Shown piece after piece: positions 36,168 through 51,413 of a stretch of 64,000 nt of DNA; within the stretch, counting starts at the first letter, position 1; each line of letters begins with the position of its first letter. Below the pieces are notes generated by a model. The model searched no databases, was not told the DNA's origin, and was given only the letters and a program-made list of their open reading frames with translations. The DNA comes from the human T2T-CHM13v2.0 reference genome, Homo sapiens: the NCBI RefSeq assembly GCF_009914755.1, contig NC_060933.1. One strand, 5' to 3'. The translations under genes were made by a program, and so were the position numbers.

Positions 36168-37319
36168 AAGCCAGGAAAATTCATCTTTCTCCTTAAGCCA
36201 CCCCTCCTCACCATCTAAATGCCAAGCTGACTTAGAGTCAACTTCTAGATTTGGGATTGTTACCTTCTTCCTTAATCTCATAACAGCAGCCTCTCAGTGG
36301 TCAAGCTAAATCCATTTAGCTTATGTCTGACTTGTGGATCTTCTGGGGTGGAAACAATTTTTTAAATAATTCTCATTCTTCAGAACAACTGCTAATAATG
36401 AGAAAAACTAATGAGCATTCATAAGCTGTATAAGGCACAGTTCCTGTTCTATGCATTATTCATTTATGCAAACTGTTGTAAAGGTACCAAATTCACTGTG
36501 CAACTGGGCTGGAAAAGTCCCTGAACTCAAGATGGCATTGGTATGCACAATTCTGAGGCTTGGTTCTGTTTAACATTTTCATCAGTGACCTGCTTAAAGG
36601 AGCAGAGAGCAAGCTCATTAAGTTCCTAGATGGGAGGGATGACCAGAACATTAAAGAACAGGATTAGAATTTCCCCAGCCCTTGCCAAATTAGCAAAACT
36701 GTTAGAGTCAAATATGTTCATTAGGGAGGCAGAGTAAAGTAAGCTGCCCAAATATAAGCTGAGTGGTTGGAGGTTATTTAGAAACTGAAAAGAATATGGA
36801 TGCAAAAATAGACACGTAATGGAAAATGAACTAGTCCAGGGGAACCACTGGTGTTCACTGGGGCCTCTGCTGGCCCTTACAATGGGTTCAGATCCCCAGC
36901 CTATGAATTGGTCTTTCCCAAGATTTCTAAGAATGCCAGGGAGCTTTTCTTTCCCATGGTCACCTCTAGCTTCACTTCCTGGTTCCACCTAATTAGCCTG
37001 GTTTTTGGTTCATTTCACTGTCCTGTCTTAGTCACCGTATTACAAACCATGTTGACCCAGACATTAAAAACCATTTCCCTCCCATGAGCAGATAACAGCT
37101 TCCTGCAGAAGGGCCCTTCTATCTCTTTGGCTGTCTTGGCTCTTGTTCAACTCTTCCAATTAAACCTCTACCCCAAGGAGCTTAACAAGGTAGTTTCCTA
37201 AATATAGACAGTTCTTTTCCTAAGAGGAACTCTGAAACCAGCTGTTAAGACAATTACAGACACCTGTGTCCCCTAGCAAAGATGAGCATGACCAAGTCAT
37301 GAGCTAATAGTGCTATAGT

Positions 37320-37479
37320 CAGGGGACGGCAAATTCTGTGAAGTGGCAGGGAGTAAATATCTTTGGTCTCTTGCAATTACTCAACTCTGGTTATATAGCA
37401 TGAAAGCATTCTTACACAATACATACAAATAGATGGCAAGGTCAAGGTCCTGGAGTGGGCCATAGTTGCCAACTCCTGC
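37320..37479. mobile_element. MER58-type hAT MITE
   Basis: TIR-like caggggacggcaaa...ttgccaactcctg; internal caattactcaactctg. Confidence 0.65.
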
Positions 37480-38849
37480 TAGGCTCAACTTCAGAATCTG
37501 TGACTTTCCAGAAGTCTTAACAACCATCTTGTCCAACCAGCTCATTTTACACCCGCAGAAACCAGGACCCAGAAAGTAGGTGACATTTGTGCAAGTTCAC
37601 AAGATAATTAAGCCTGAGTTGAAACTTCAAACAGGAAGCTCAACTTCCAGGCCAGCACTGTTTCTACTGCACCATCATCAAGCTATTTCCAGAAGGTTCT
37701 GCAGATCCCTGCTTTAATTAGCAGAGCCTTTGCTAGAAATTTTCCCACTTAACATTTAGTGCAATGCATTAGTTGTATTATGTGTAGTACACAGGAATAT
37801 CATTTGGTAGCCTCCCTAGGACCCAAGATGAACGTGTGACTAAAGATTTGAGTGAGGTTGTGTCTACCTCCTAAGGGCAGTCTGAAAAAACCAGAAGAGG
37901 GCAGAATAGATTAGAAAGGAAAGCTATGCACAAAGTTCAAATGATATAGTTTTATTTTGTTAATTAAAGATGACATAAAATTTTCACATACCAAGAGGAA
38001 CGTTTTAAGGAGGAACAGTTGTATTTCATCTCCTATTAAAATAAGAAGAGCAAGACTGGAAGGTAGGTTAGATCACAGAAAGAACCTGCCAGAGGTAGCT
38101 CTGTTATGTGCAAGAACTGCAGGCCAGAGGAAGTCACCGAATTCTCTTAATAGCTAGATCTGAGAGTTGCATCTTCTGGGAAGTGTTAGGAGGGAGAGAA
38201 ATAGGCTGAGATGATGACTCTCAAAATCTTTTCTCTCTCTTTAAGTCCCCTGAAAGCTGCAGGAAAGAACCCTTCTGTGAGCCAGCAGGGATGCATTGAA
38301 TCATTACTCTTAATGAGAACAAGACAGTTTTTTTAAGAAAGTTGCGAAGGGCGTAACATGAAGTGGATACTTGGGAAAAATAATTGTGCAGATTTCGAAG
38401 GAGTGCCCCAAATGATGCTCACTTCCATTGGCAAGATTCTGGGGTAACTGATGGAAAACCCTCTATTCAGGGTCAGAAGCTTGTAGCCCCTTCCAAATAT
38501 TTGTGTGTGGACTTGGTTGATCCCTCTATCTCAGTAAAGGCCAGGGGGTTCTTAATGTGGATGGTCGTTGATCTTTAATTCGAAGACCCAGTAGCTTGAA
38601 CCTATTCCTCCTTGAAAGTCAGGGCCAAGTGTTTATGAGAATTCTTACTACCTTTGATAAAGATAAATCCTAGTGTACATCTTGTTGCTAATTAAAAACA
38701 GTACAATCTGTTCAAATATTATTTCTGGACAGTACATTTCATGAAACTATCCCACAGGATTGTTTATCTCAAGCTACAGCTTTCAGACCCTATTTTTCCA
38801 AATGACGAATTCCTCATGATTATTACTTTTTATTATTTTTTTTTTCCAG

Positions 38850-38892
38850 ATGATCCAGGAACATGTACATCTTGCGCTATGGGGTATTACAG
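38850..38892 (+). CDS. PCSK5: PCSK5 coding exon, 43 nt, phase 1 to 2: (D)DPGTCTSCAMGYY(R)
   Basis: Long T-rich tract then ttccag|ATGATCC...TATTACAG|gtaagt; frame joins the next exon (AG+G = Arg). Confidence 0.93.
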
Positions 38893-39984
38893 GTAAGTCT
38901 GGTCTTCCTTTTCATGGCACTAACTTTTCTGCAGTTTAAGCATTACTGACATAATCCTCAATCCAGCGATTAAAGCAAAGTGGCCCTGCAGCCCGAAGCA
39001 ACTCTGTCCTGTCAGGCTATTAATGAGCAATTCTTGGATTTAGCAATAAGAGCCCAGCTGTTTCCTTGCCTCGAAAGGAGGCCATCTCTTTCTTGATCCT
39101 GGAAGTCATCCAGCCTGACACTGGTGTCTAGGAATCCTGCCATGGGTTACCAAGATTCAGATCTTGCTGTTCTTGGGCAGACCTTAATAATATACCTGGT
39201 CCTAAGTAAGCTGTTTGCAAACGTCTGCATGGATACTGCGTCCTTAACCAGAGCGAAGGCTCCAGGGTGAAGCCAGGTGCTATATCAGCTCTTAGTCATC
39301 CCCTAGGTAACAAGAGACACAGACCACTAGGTTAAATGAAACAGAGGTAACCATCACTCCCAATGTACTCTAAAAACAATCCACAAAATCAAAAATGGCA
39401 TGTTTCAATATCGCCCCCTCTTCCTAGTCTAGCTTCCCTTCCAGCACACACTGTTGACCGTCCTAGAAGGAAAATGAAAGAGAAAGGAGCTGCAAAGGAA
39501 AGGAAGTCCGTGGGTGATGCATGGGCTGCATAATCCCTCCCTGTCCTCCTAAGAACTCAGGAGTTTTGTGATATACAAACTCTCACGACTATTTCATCTC
39601 TCGATCATTTTATTGAGATTGTCAGAGACACAGGAGGATGTTAATCTCCTGAAGAGAAAACTGAAGCTCAGAGAGGGGCAAGGTTTTACTCCAGTTGCAC
39701 CACAGCTACTGACAGGTCTACATTTGCGACATTTGGCCTTTGGCGGGTCACCTCCTCTTGTCACATTGCCTTTTCCCTCCATCCATAGAATTGGACAAAG
39801 CAATGTGGTGACAAGAGAAGGCGACCCACCTGTCCAAAAACAAATACACTTGAAATGTGGTAATAGGTAAGAAAAAGTAAAAGGAGTGTGGAGGATGGGA
39901 GAGAAAGGGAAGCCCAACAAGCTGAAACATACTAAAAATGATCAGTTAACCTTATCAGTTCTTAGCCTTACGGTTTTAATCTAA

Positions 39985-40373
<389 letters not shown>

Positions 40374-40532
40374 TAAAACCCTCTGAAAAACAAATACCCT
40401 GGAAGAACATGCTCCAATATCACTAAGGGTACAACATGAGATATTTATTTCAAGAAACAAACATATATAATCTTTGAAAACATTCAGCAACTTTGAATAC
40501 AGCGAGTGAAATGCCTTACAATAGACATTGTT

Positions 40533-40828
40533 GCTGGGCGTGTTGGCTCACGCCTGTAATCCCAACACTTTGGGAGGCCAAGGTGGGTGGATCACCTGAG
40601 GTCAGGAGTTTGGGACCAGCCTAGCCAACCTGGGGAAACCCCGTCTCTACTAAAAATACAAAAATTAGCCGAGTGTGGTGGCATGCATCTGTAGTTCCAG
40701 CTACTCAGGAAGCTGAGGCAAGAGAATCACTTGAACCCAGGAGGTGGAGGTGGCAGTGAGCCAAGATCATGCCATTGCACTCCAGCCTCAGTGACAGGGA
40801 GATTTAGTCTCAAAAAAAAAAAAAAAAA
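40533..40828 (+). mobile_element. AluSx-like
   Basis: Full dimer with A-tail. Confidence 0.94.
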
Positions 40829-41336
40829 CAGTTGTTAAGGAAGATATGCAAAGGTTTCCCCTGATATCATGCTGATGCTCTGAAATTCATCAAAGGCAGG
40901 GGTCAATTTCACTCCACTCCTCCTTCAGGTAAGCCTGCAATTCAGTGGAGTCTGAATTACAACATTTTACTGTAGAATGAGAATAACAGATAACGTACAT
41001 AAAAATATTTATAAATAAAAGCTAAGCTACTTCGCTACTATTGTTAATAATCTGGTTACAGACATTTTAGTAAGCTGCCTGGACTCGACACCAAGCTATT
41101 TCAGGCCTCAGTGCCAGTTGCTATGTGATAAATCACACAAGCAACCTTTTCACACAGACTTTGGTTAAAATCCCAGTCCCACCGTTAGCTAGCTCTGTGA
41201 TTTTTGAGCACTTAACCCTGAGCTCCAGTTCCCTTATCTAGAAATTAAAGATACATGATATCTACCATACGAGATTTGTGGAGATTTAGATGAGCTAATA
41301 CTTGACACATAATCAGTACTCTATAAATAAGTATCA

Positions 41337-41800
<464 letters not shown>

Positions 41801-41891
41801 CTCTGCATAGACATACATAAGGAGATTAAATTATGGTGAAGAGAAATACATCAACATAAGTCATGAAAGAAATGATGTCTTCTTCCTCTAG

Positions 41892-42028
41892 GTTTGATCA
41901 CCATTGTTATAAAACCTGTCCTGAGAAGACCTACAGTGAGGAAGTGGAATGCAAGGCGTGTGATAGTAACTGTGGCAGCTGTGACCAGAATGGGTGTTAC
42001 TGGTGTGAAGAGGGCTTCTTTCTCTTAG
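41892..42028 (+). CDS. PCSK5: PCSK5 coding exon, 137 nt: (R)FDHHCYKTCPEKTYSEEVECKACDSNCGSCDQNGCYWCEEGFFLL(G)
   Basis: tcttcctctag|GTTTGAT...CTCTTAG|gtaagt; Cys-rich furin-like repeat; ORF track 41863..42111. Confidence 0.96.
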
Positions 42029-42695
42029 GTAAGTTAGAAAATGGCACCATCCAAGCTAAGAACCAGGCACTGGAGCTCCACACAGTCGGGGCCACAGGAG
42101 CGCACATGTGATTGGTTTCAGAGTCTGTGCGTGTGGGCACCTCTGGCCCAAGGAGAAATTTTAATTTGGTTTAGAAATAAACATTAGCCAAACCACCTCC
42201 TTCTGCTTTTATTACTGAAGCATGGTTCCTGTTCCACTAATTAATCTCAAATATCTCCAAGCTGATGGAAACAAGGCTGAATTGGATGGAGATAGAGAGT
42301 GGGGACCTGAAGATGAATGTTTTGGCATTGAAGTCACCTGGCATATTGAGAGCTCTGACCCTTGTCTTGAGACTTAATCCATCTTATATATCCCCATGCA
42401 CTGTAAGAATCTAACAAGATCCCTTGCCTTAGGCTTTGGTCAACTCACTGACTGATGGAAATGGATAGTTAGGAAAGAAATACAGTGTGACTCTTCCAGC
42501 TGAAGAGGATAATAGCCCAATGCACTTGAGTGTTTGGGGGAGAAAGAATGAGAAGGACAGCCCACAATGATCTTCAGTGTTTCTCTACACAGAGATTTAT
42601 TTTATTTGTAATTTTTCAAGGCCTCAAGGATTCTGTATTCGATGCTCTTAACCCTCTAATGGCCAATGTAAATTCCCAGTTGAAAAAGGACTTAG

Positions 42696-42881
<186 letters not shown>

Positions 42882-42954
42882 TGGATTTATTAAAACACAT
42901 TTCTTGGTTGACATAAGCTAAAGCCATCTTGGTTTCTTTGAAAACAAATGCAAA

Positions 42955-43197
<243 letters not shown>

Positions 43198-43281
43198 CTA
43201 AAATTTCCTCCAGCCTCTTTAGAACTTGGCCTTGCAAAGATCACTAAAGCCTTCATGCTTTCTCTCTGTGTTCTCACATAG

Positions 43282-43482
43282 GTGGCAGTTGTGTGAGGAA
43301 ATGTGGTCCTGGATTCTATGGTGACCAAGAAATGGGAGAATGTGAGTCCTGCCACCGAGCATGCGAAACCTGCACAGGCCCTGGTCATGACGAGTGCAGC
43401 AGCTGCCAGGAAGGACTGCAGCTGCTGCGTGGGATGTGCGTGCATGCCACCAAGACCCAGGAGGAGGGCAAATTCTGGAATG
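43282..43482 (+). CDS. PCSK5: PCSK5 coding exon, 201 nt: (G)GSCVRKCGPGFYGDQEMGECESCHRACETCTGPGHDECSSCQEGLQLLRGMCVHATKTQEEGKFWN
   Basis: ttctcacatag|GTGGCAGT...TGGAATG|gtatgt; phase 1-1; ORF track 43293..43610. Confidence 0.96.
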
Positions 43483-43929
43483 GTATGTGCCCCCCAAAAA
43501 AGAGGTCACAGGGGTCTAGCGACCTACTCTGCTTCCCTCCTTCTATAACTCTGGTTTTTTTAGTTATCCAGGAGAGAAAGGCTGTGCAGAAAAACAAGAG
43601 TTTGGAGTGAGAATCAAGTTGGGATCGTTCCTGAGTCTCTCTGATGCTTGCAGTAGGAGTGGGTAGGAAGCTGAGGTTGGCATTCAGCCAGCAGAGAGAG
43701 CCCAAAGGGCAATTTATAATTAGTCTACCTGCTTGAGTTTCTACCTGGGTGAAGCAGGCCCGGAAGCAAGTGAAGAGAGTCACGGAGGGAAATGGCCCTG
43801 GTATCATTTTCTCAGAAATTTCGGAGTCACTTCTATCACAGGCATGTCCTACGTCCTTATTACATGTCCTTTTTACAGTAAAGGAAAATTTTACCTGTAG
43901 GGTAGGCTTTTCCAATTAGACAAGCAAGA

Positions 43930-44890
43930 ACTGCTCGAATGTATTAGATTTTATGCTAAAAACAGACGGTCTCTATGGCTGCGTTATTAGAGCTCACCGT
44001 CAGTCAAGCTTGCCTTTAAAAGTTGCTCTTCCCAGTTGCAGACAGGGAAAGCGTGAAGCTTCTGAGGAGGGAGGAGAGGGGACAGGTGTGGGAGCTTGGA
44101 ATCCAACAGCAAAGCCCTGCAGGTGCTCATTCCTCCCCGAGTCTTTAGAACGCGCCTCCTCACACTTGAGCGTCAGTTATAGGCTTCCTTGCAAGGTAAT
44201 TACAAACTTTCAGCGACCCCTCTGTGACCGAGGTGGTTAAAAAACAAAATCCTCTTCCTGTTGGAAAAATCTGACTCATGTTCTATGCGGAGACAGTCAC
44301 AAAAACAGGAGCTGCTCTTCATTTGATTTCGAGGCAAGAATTTGTTAAAAGGGTCACTTCGGTGCAAAGGCAACGGCAGCCGAAGAGAGTGCTGTACAGG
44401 AGGAGTGTGCTAAGGGCTCGAGGGAGTGACAGCTCTGTGGTTTTTGCTGGGCTGGAGAGGAGGCACGTCCATGGCTGCTGTCTACTACGGCAGTTTTACA
44501 CATGTGACTTCAAGGAAGAGCAGCTCAGAGACCGTGGAAAGCCCAGCAGCCAAAGGCCACGGAGAACACGGGCCCTATTTCAGAGACAGAGCCGAGAAGA
44601 TTATTCAATCCAGATTGGGCTATCTTCTGTGAGTTATAGCTGAAGCAAAATGCTGAAAATGAGTTTGTTTGGCATTCAGGCATTTAAGAGGCAGTGCAAG
44701 CCAAAAGGAAAATGGTCTGGTGCTGTGTTTCTAGCTGAACATCTGTATTTTATCTGGCGTCCAGATGATGACACGGTCCAGGGAGCCAAGAGTTAGAGCA
44801 GGCTTGATTCCCCAAATGATTCCACGTCCCTTCAACTGGACTACGCATTTTGCAAGCAGAAACCAGGCTTCAGTGGTTCCCTTTTGTCGA
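43930..44890. promoter_or_regulatory. Candidate intronic enhancer (CpG-retaining; ETS/NFAT/AP-1/RUNX motifs)
   Basis: 28 CpG in ~960 bp of apparently non-repeat DNA; CTTCCTG 44254, GGAAAA 44263, TGACTCA 44272, TGTGGTTT 44436. Confidence 0.5.
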
Positions 44891-46003
44891 AGCACCACAC
44901 CCACCCCTCCACATTTTCTACTATCACAATGTAATGTTTTTGAGGAGAGGGAGGAATTAGTGCATTTGGGGATTTTTCACTAATAGGGGATTGGGGACAG
45001 AGATGAGAGTGTTTCTCATGGCTGGACAAAAGCAATCAAGTCAACGACAGAGCTGTACTTTCCCATTCCCATGACCTATGAAATAAGACATGCAGACCAT
45101 TAACACAGAGAAATAGCCATTTATTCACTAAGCAAGGTAAAGCTGTAGCTCAGCTTCCCCCAGCATAGTGTAAGCACTGAAATGGATAGTAAATGGGAAA
45201 TGCATTCCATAAAGTCCTGGGAGTATTTGAGCCAATGCCTACAACCTTCTCCTGACTTCTTTTTCTTAAAAAAAAACAGGATCGAGAGTGTAATAGGAGA
45301 GGAGAGGCTTCCAGAGAACAAGCACTAATTAGCCACACCTTTCAGATGATGGAAAGCAGATTGCAGTCATCCTGGGTCAATTCAGAGGAAACCCAGGCAA
45401 ATTACAGAGTGTTTTTGAGAGGATATAGCTGCCTAGGTGGTACCAGAACGTTTTTCTGTTTCATTTTGGGTTTTGTTTTATTTTGTTTTTCAAACACAGA
45501 TTCAGATTCAGGTAGGAAAGGTAAGATGACACACACTTCAATCCATTCCTTCACCCATGCTGCTCCCCAGTGGAAACAATAAGATCCTGTTTGCGTCTGA
45601 AGACTACAACCAACCCCATGAGCATCTATCAGCACAGGCTGGGAAAACACCCTTGAAATAAAAGTCCAGCTAGAGTTCCCTGAACTCCTCTTTTAATAAG
45701 GTGGCTAATCAGAATGAGAATGACTACAGTGAGAGAGCCACCATTCTTTGCCAACTGCCAACAAAGTGGGAATACCTCCTACCTAGTCTAAGGATGCAGA
45801 TTCCTCCACCTATCAGACAATGCCTGACAAATCCTCCAGCTAAGACTAAGTAATCAAAGATTGTGCTCGACTCTCTGTTTTTTCAGCCACCAAAAAGTCA
45901 CTGCACAAATGTATAGATCATCCCCAGACCCTCTCTCCTGGTCACTAGTATATTGTGACAATTATTTAGTGTCCCTAAATGGCAGGAATAAAACCAATAT
46001 TCA

Positions 46004-46320
<317 letters not shown>

Positions 46321-47059
46321 TATATAATATTCGACAGGCTGCAAATGGCTTCAGCAGTGACTCAAGCATCACACAACCTTGGTGGAAAGGTTCAGGTATG
46401 GCAGACCACGGGCTTTGAAGGAAGATGATGGCTTCGGCTGGTTTCCTGAAGCCACTTTTGGGAATGGAAGCACTTTCCTCTGCTACTGTTAAACCATTTG
46501 GATTTTCTTAAGTGGTTTCCCCCGGTAGTGCTGGAGAGTCCTAGGAGTAATTTCTGCACATTTATCTTACCTCATATTTCCATCATTGATTAAAACCATG
46601 TTATAGCAGGTTCTAATTACATATTCTGCTGATAGTCTAATCTACAGAACACAGACATGGTGAATTAGCTTTGTGTTTGTGACCACATCCTAACAATTTA
46701 TCACTAGCCTGTCTCTTGATCTTAATTCTAATCCTTGGGGAAAGACTGAAATCCCAGAGTTAGTCACAAACACTGAAAGTCACTCACATGTGAAAAAAAA
46801 TAAATCGACTTCAGTAGTGGGAAGATACGTTGCCTAATAGTCACTGAACTTTAGAAAACTTCAAAGATGCCATGGAAATCTGATTTTTAGAGAGACTTTA
46901 TAGATGTGTACAGCTGTCTCACTTAGAAATGAGTACACCATTTTTAGTTATTTAACCTACCAGAACACAGAGTGCAAAAAAACACATGGCACTGGGTAAG
47001 TAATTAACTGTTTGGCCAGTAGGACAAAGGAAGCATCTGTATCAGCTTGCCCAGATCGT

Positions 47060-47214
47060 TATATACTCAGGAGTTCTGGAAGTGGATTGTGAAACCATTG
47101 ACAGCTTGAAATTAGCTATGGTGGGAGTATTTACACCACAGAAATTGGAAACACTGCAAATCAGGTTTTTGGTTTTTCATTTTTCTAGAGACCTGTCTTA
47201 CCAGCACACCATTA
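47060..47214. mobile_element. MER63-type hAT element
   Basis: ggtgggagtatttacaccacagaaattgg...ccagcacaccatt. Confidence 0.6.
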
Positions 47215-47608
47215 TTTTGGCTTCTATCAAATTACTTCAGAATTCAAATTTATTGCTGAAAAATTCTAAAGCCTATGTCTACACCCTCTAGCAGATGCAG
47301 GCTTTAGGGCACAGCACACATGAATTCAAATCCCAGCTCTGTGTTTTGCTAGCTGTGTGACCTTCAGTGAGTTACTCATCCTCTCTGAGCCTGTGTCCTT
47401 CTCTGTAAAGTGAAAACATGAAACTGCCTCACACAAAGTCATTTTAAGAATGAAATGAGAAAATGTATATAAAGCTCTCAGGACACATATAACACAATAA
47501 AGCCTCGTCTACTCCCTAACTATTTGACTCGGTCCAGTTTTAACACTTGAAACACCAGTTTGCTTTGAAAGCAGCATTCCCTGGGTCACAAAAGAAAGCA
47601 ATATTTGG

Positions 47609-47919
<311 letters not shown>

Positions 47920-48029
47920 GCCATTTGAGAGGGTATAGACATAAACAGGGCTCTAAGGGAAATGGCCCTGGAAAAAAAGGCACCAGATAATGGTAAGTCG
48001 GGATACCTAATAGGCAGAATCCTGACTTA

Positions 48030-48756
<727 letters not shown>

Positions 48757-48757
48757 G

Positions 48758-48838
48758 AAGCTGTGTCCACTGCAAACCTATCTGTGGTGAAGAGCCTGCT
48801 GCAGGAGCGACGAAGGTGGAAAGTTCAAATCAAAAGAG
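48758..48838 (+). CDS. PCSK5: PCSK5 81-nt symmetric, probably cassette, exon: (E)AVSTANLSVVKSLLQERRRWKVQIKR
   Basis: T10-aataaaaaag|AAGCTGTG...AAAAGAG|gtaaca; phase 1-1, in frame between flanking exons; resembles the rodent PC5B linker as I recall it. Alternative NAGNAG start at 48761. Confidence 0.82.
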
Positions 48839-49771
48839 GTAACAGGGAAATAGGGAGGCAACAATCACAGCAGCAGAGACTATCTCTGGAGATGGTCTCC
48901 GTGGAGAAATCACCCCAAGAAGCTGGGAGGCCAGAAGCAAATGGGGTGCAGAGATGCAGAGGTCATTAGAAAAAGTTGGAGACAGGAGGGGCAATAAACA
49001 CAACATATCAGTGGGCACTCAGAGGGAAGACTGTGAGAAGTTCCACAGTGGAGATTTCTGTAACAGATAAGGATATTCGTGACGAGCTAAATGGTCATGG
49101 CTGGCAGAGGCTATCAAGAAAAGCCTCTGTCCTTGCAGAACTTTAATAGGCTAAGGAAGCACCTCTGCCTTCCCAGTCACCGCAGCATTGTTTGAAATCA
49201 CAAAGACTGGAAAAAACTAAGTGGTTACCAGTAGGAGATGAGAGAAATAAAGTCGATGTATTCATACAATAGAATACTATGGAGGCACCAAAAGGAAGAG
49301 GTTCTTTCTGTACTGATAAAGAATGATTTCCAAATATATTGCTTGTTTACTTTACAGGCAAGGTGATAAACCGTGTGAATAGATACAGCTTGTATGAAAA
49401 AGGGTGGAGAAGGGATTGGGAGAGAGACATCACAGTACATGCCTTTTCTCCATTTTGCACCATGAGTGAATTATGTATTAAATAAAAAATAAATACAATA
49501 AATGAACCCCTTGCTTTATATAGTTTAGCTACAGTCATTTCTGAAGAATGGACACTGCACTTTCTGGGTCAAAGTGGTTCTTTTTTTTTTTTTTTTTTTT
49601 TTGTGGTCCTGTCCAGTCTAGAATTTCCAAAGTTGGAAAAAGAGAAACTATGATCACGGTTAAAATTTACTTGTTGAGATTTAAGTCCCCAATCTTTTAT
49701 GATAAAGAACTCTTGCTGAGGAGGACTTTATGCCCTGCCCAGGCCTAATTGCTAAGTTAACTGCTTGTACA

Positions 49772-49805
49772 GATCTCCCTCTGGTGGACATATGAAGACA
49801 TTACA
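49772..49805 (-). promoter_or_regulatory. Candidate CTCF site (core plus upstream motif)
   Basis: Minus strand TGTAATGTC-N6-TGTCCACCAGAGGGAGATC versus consensus TGCAGTNCC-N5/6-TGGCCACCAGGGGGCGCTA. Confidence 0.55.
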
Positions 49806-49811
49806 GAATTT

Positions 49812-50025
<214 letters not shown>

Positions 50026-50490
50026 TAATTATAAATATGTGCATATTTGTAGATATAGACATTAAAACTTATACAAATATGAGAAAATTGATGAAAACTC
50101 ATGTCTTTATAAATATATTTTAGTATATACATGATAACATCAAAGGAAAATCAGCCTGAAGCCTGGACATAGAACATTGAAGATTTGCACGGTGTTCACT
50201 GTCTGATTAATATTGTTGCCTTATTATTCTTTGAACAACTGCTCTCAGCCATTCAGTGAGCATCTGACTATTAGCAACAGGATTGTTGCTTGCCTTTCGG
50301 CTGCCTTCTCTTTGGGGCTGAGTGATACTGCAGTTTTAAAAAGCCCTCGGGGACAGAATCGGTTACTTTGAGAGGCATGCGGAACACCTTTGTGACAATC
50401 CTGTGGCCAAGGTGGCTCTGCACAAGGCTAAATTCAGCCCTTAGCAGATGCCCCAGAGAGAATACATCAGTCAATCATCAGCTTTAATTA

Positions 50491-50820
<330 letters not shown>

Positions 50821-51147
50821 TTATCTCCAAGCTAGGAAAAAACCAACTACCCAGCCTGGCAGCCTAATCATTTATATCTCCATCTCCACCTGTATTTGCA
50901 TCTATCCGCATATCTGTGTCTATCCATCCTATCTATGTATGTACCTTTCTATCATCTGTATTTGAATCTAGTTTCATCTATGGCAAGGCTCATCAGCTTT
51001 GTATCCATGATTGTCATCACAGAAGCTGAGCAGGCCACCCAGGTATGAAACCAGAGGGAAGGAAGAGGGGAGTAAAACAAGCCTCAGAAATGGAGTGGAA
51101 TGGTGGCAGGAGAGAATCAACAGGAAGCTGAAGGAACTACAATTTAC

Positions 51148-51413
51148 TGCGCCCCTATGTTAAGCACTTGACACGTATTGTCTCATTTAGTCTTCACAAC
51201 AATCCTATAAGGGCAGAATTATTTTCTCTCATTTTAGAGACAAGGAAAGTAGGATTCTGAGAGTTTAATTACTGTATCCATGTGCCCCTATGTTAAGCAC
51301 TTGATACGTATTATCTCATTTAGTCTTCACAACAATCCTATAAGGGCAGAATTATTTTCTCTCATTTTAGAGACAAGGAAAGTAGGATTCTGAGAGTTTA
51401 ATTACCGTATCCA
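51148..51413. repeat. Direct tandem duplication, 2 x 133 bp, inside a MIR
   Basis: Units 51148-51280 and 51281-51413; 4 mismatches. Confidence 0.95.

Noticed and set aside
43483-43610. Read-through of the exon ORF as an alternative C-terminus
   Set aside because: Good donor at 43483; open frames past donors (also 42029-42111 and 48839-48969) are expected by chance, and I have no transcript evidence.
51148-51413. CRISPR-like repeat array
   Set aside because: Simple two-copy duplication without spacers, in eukaryotic DNA with no cas genes.
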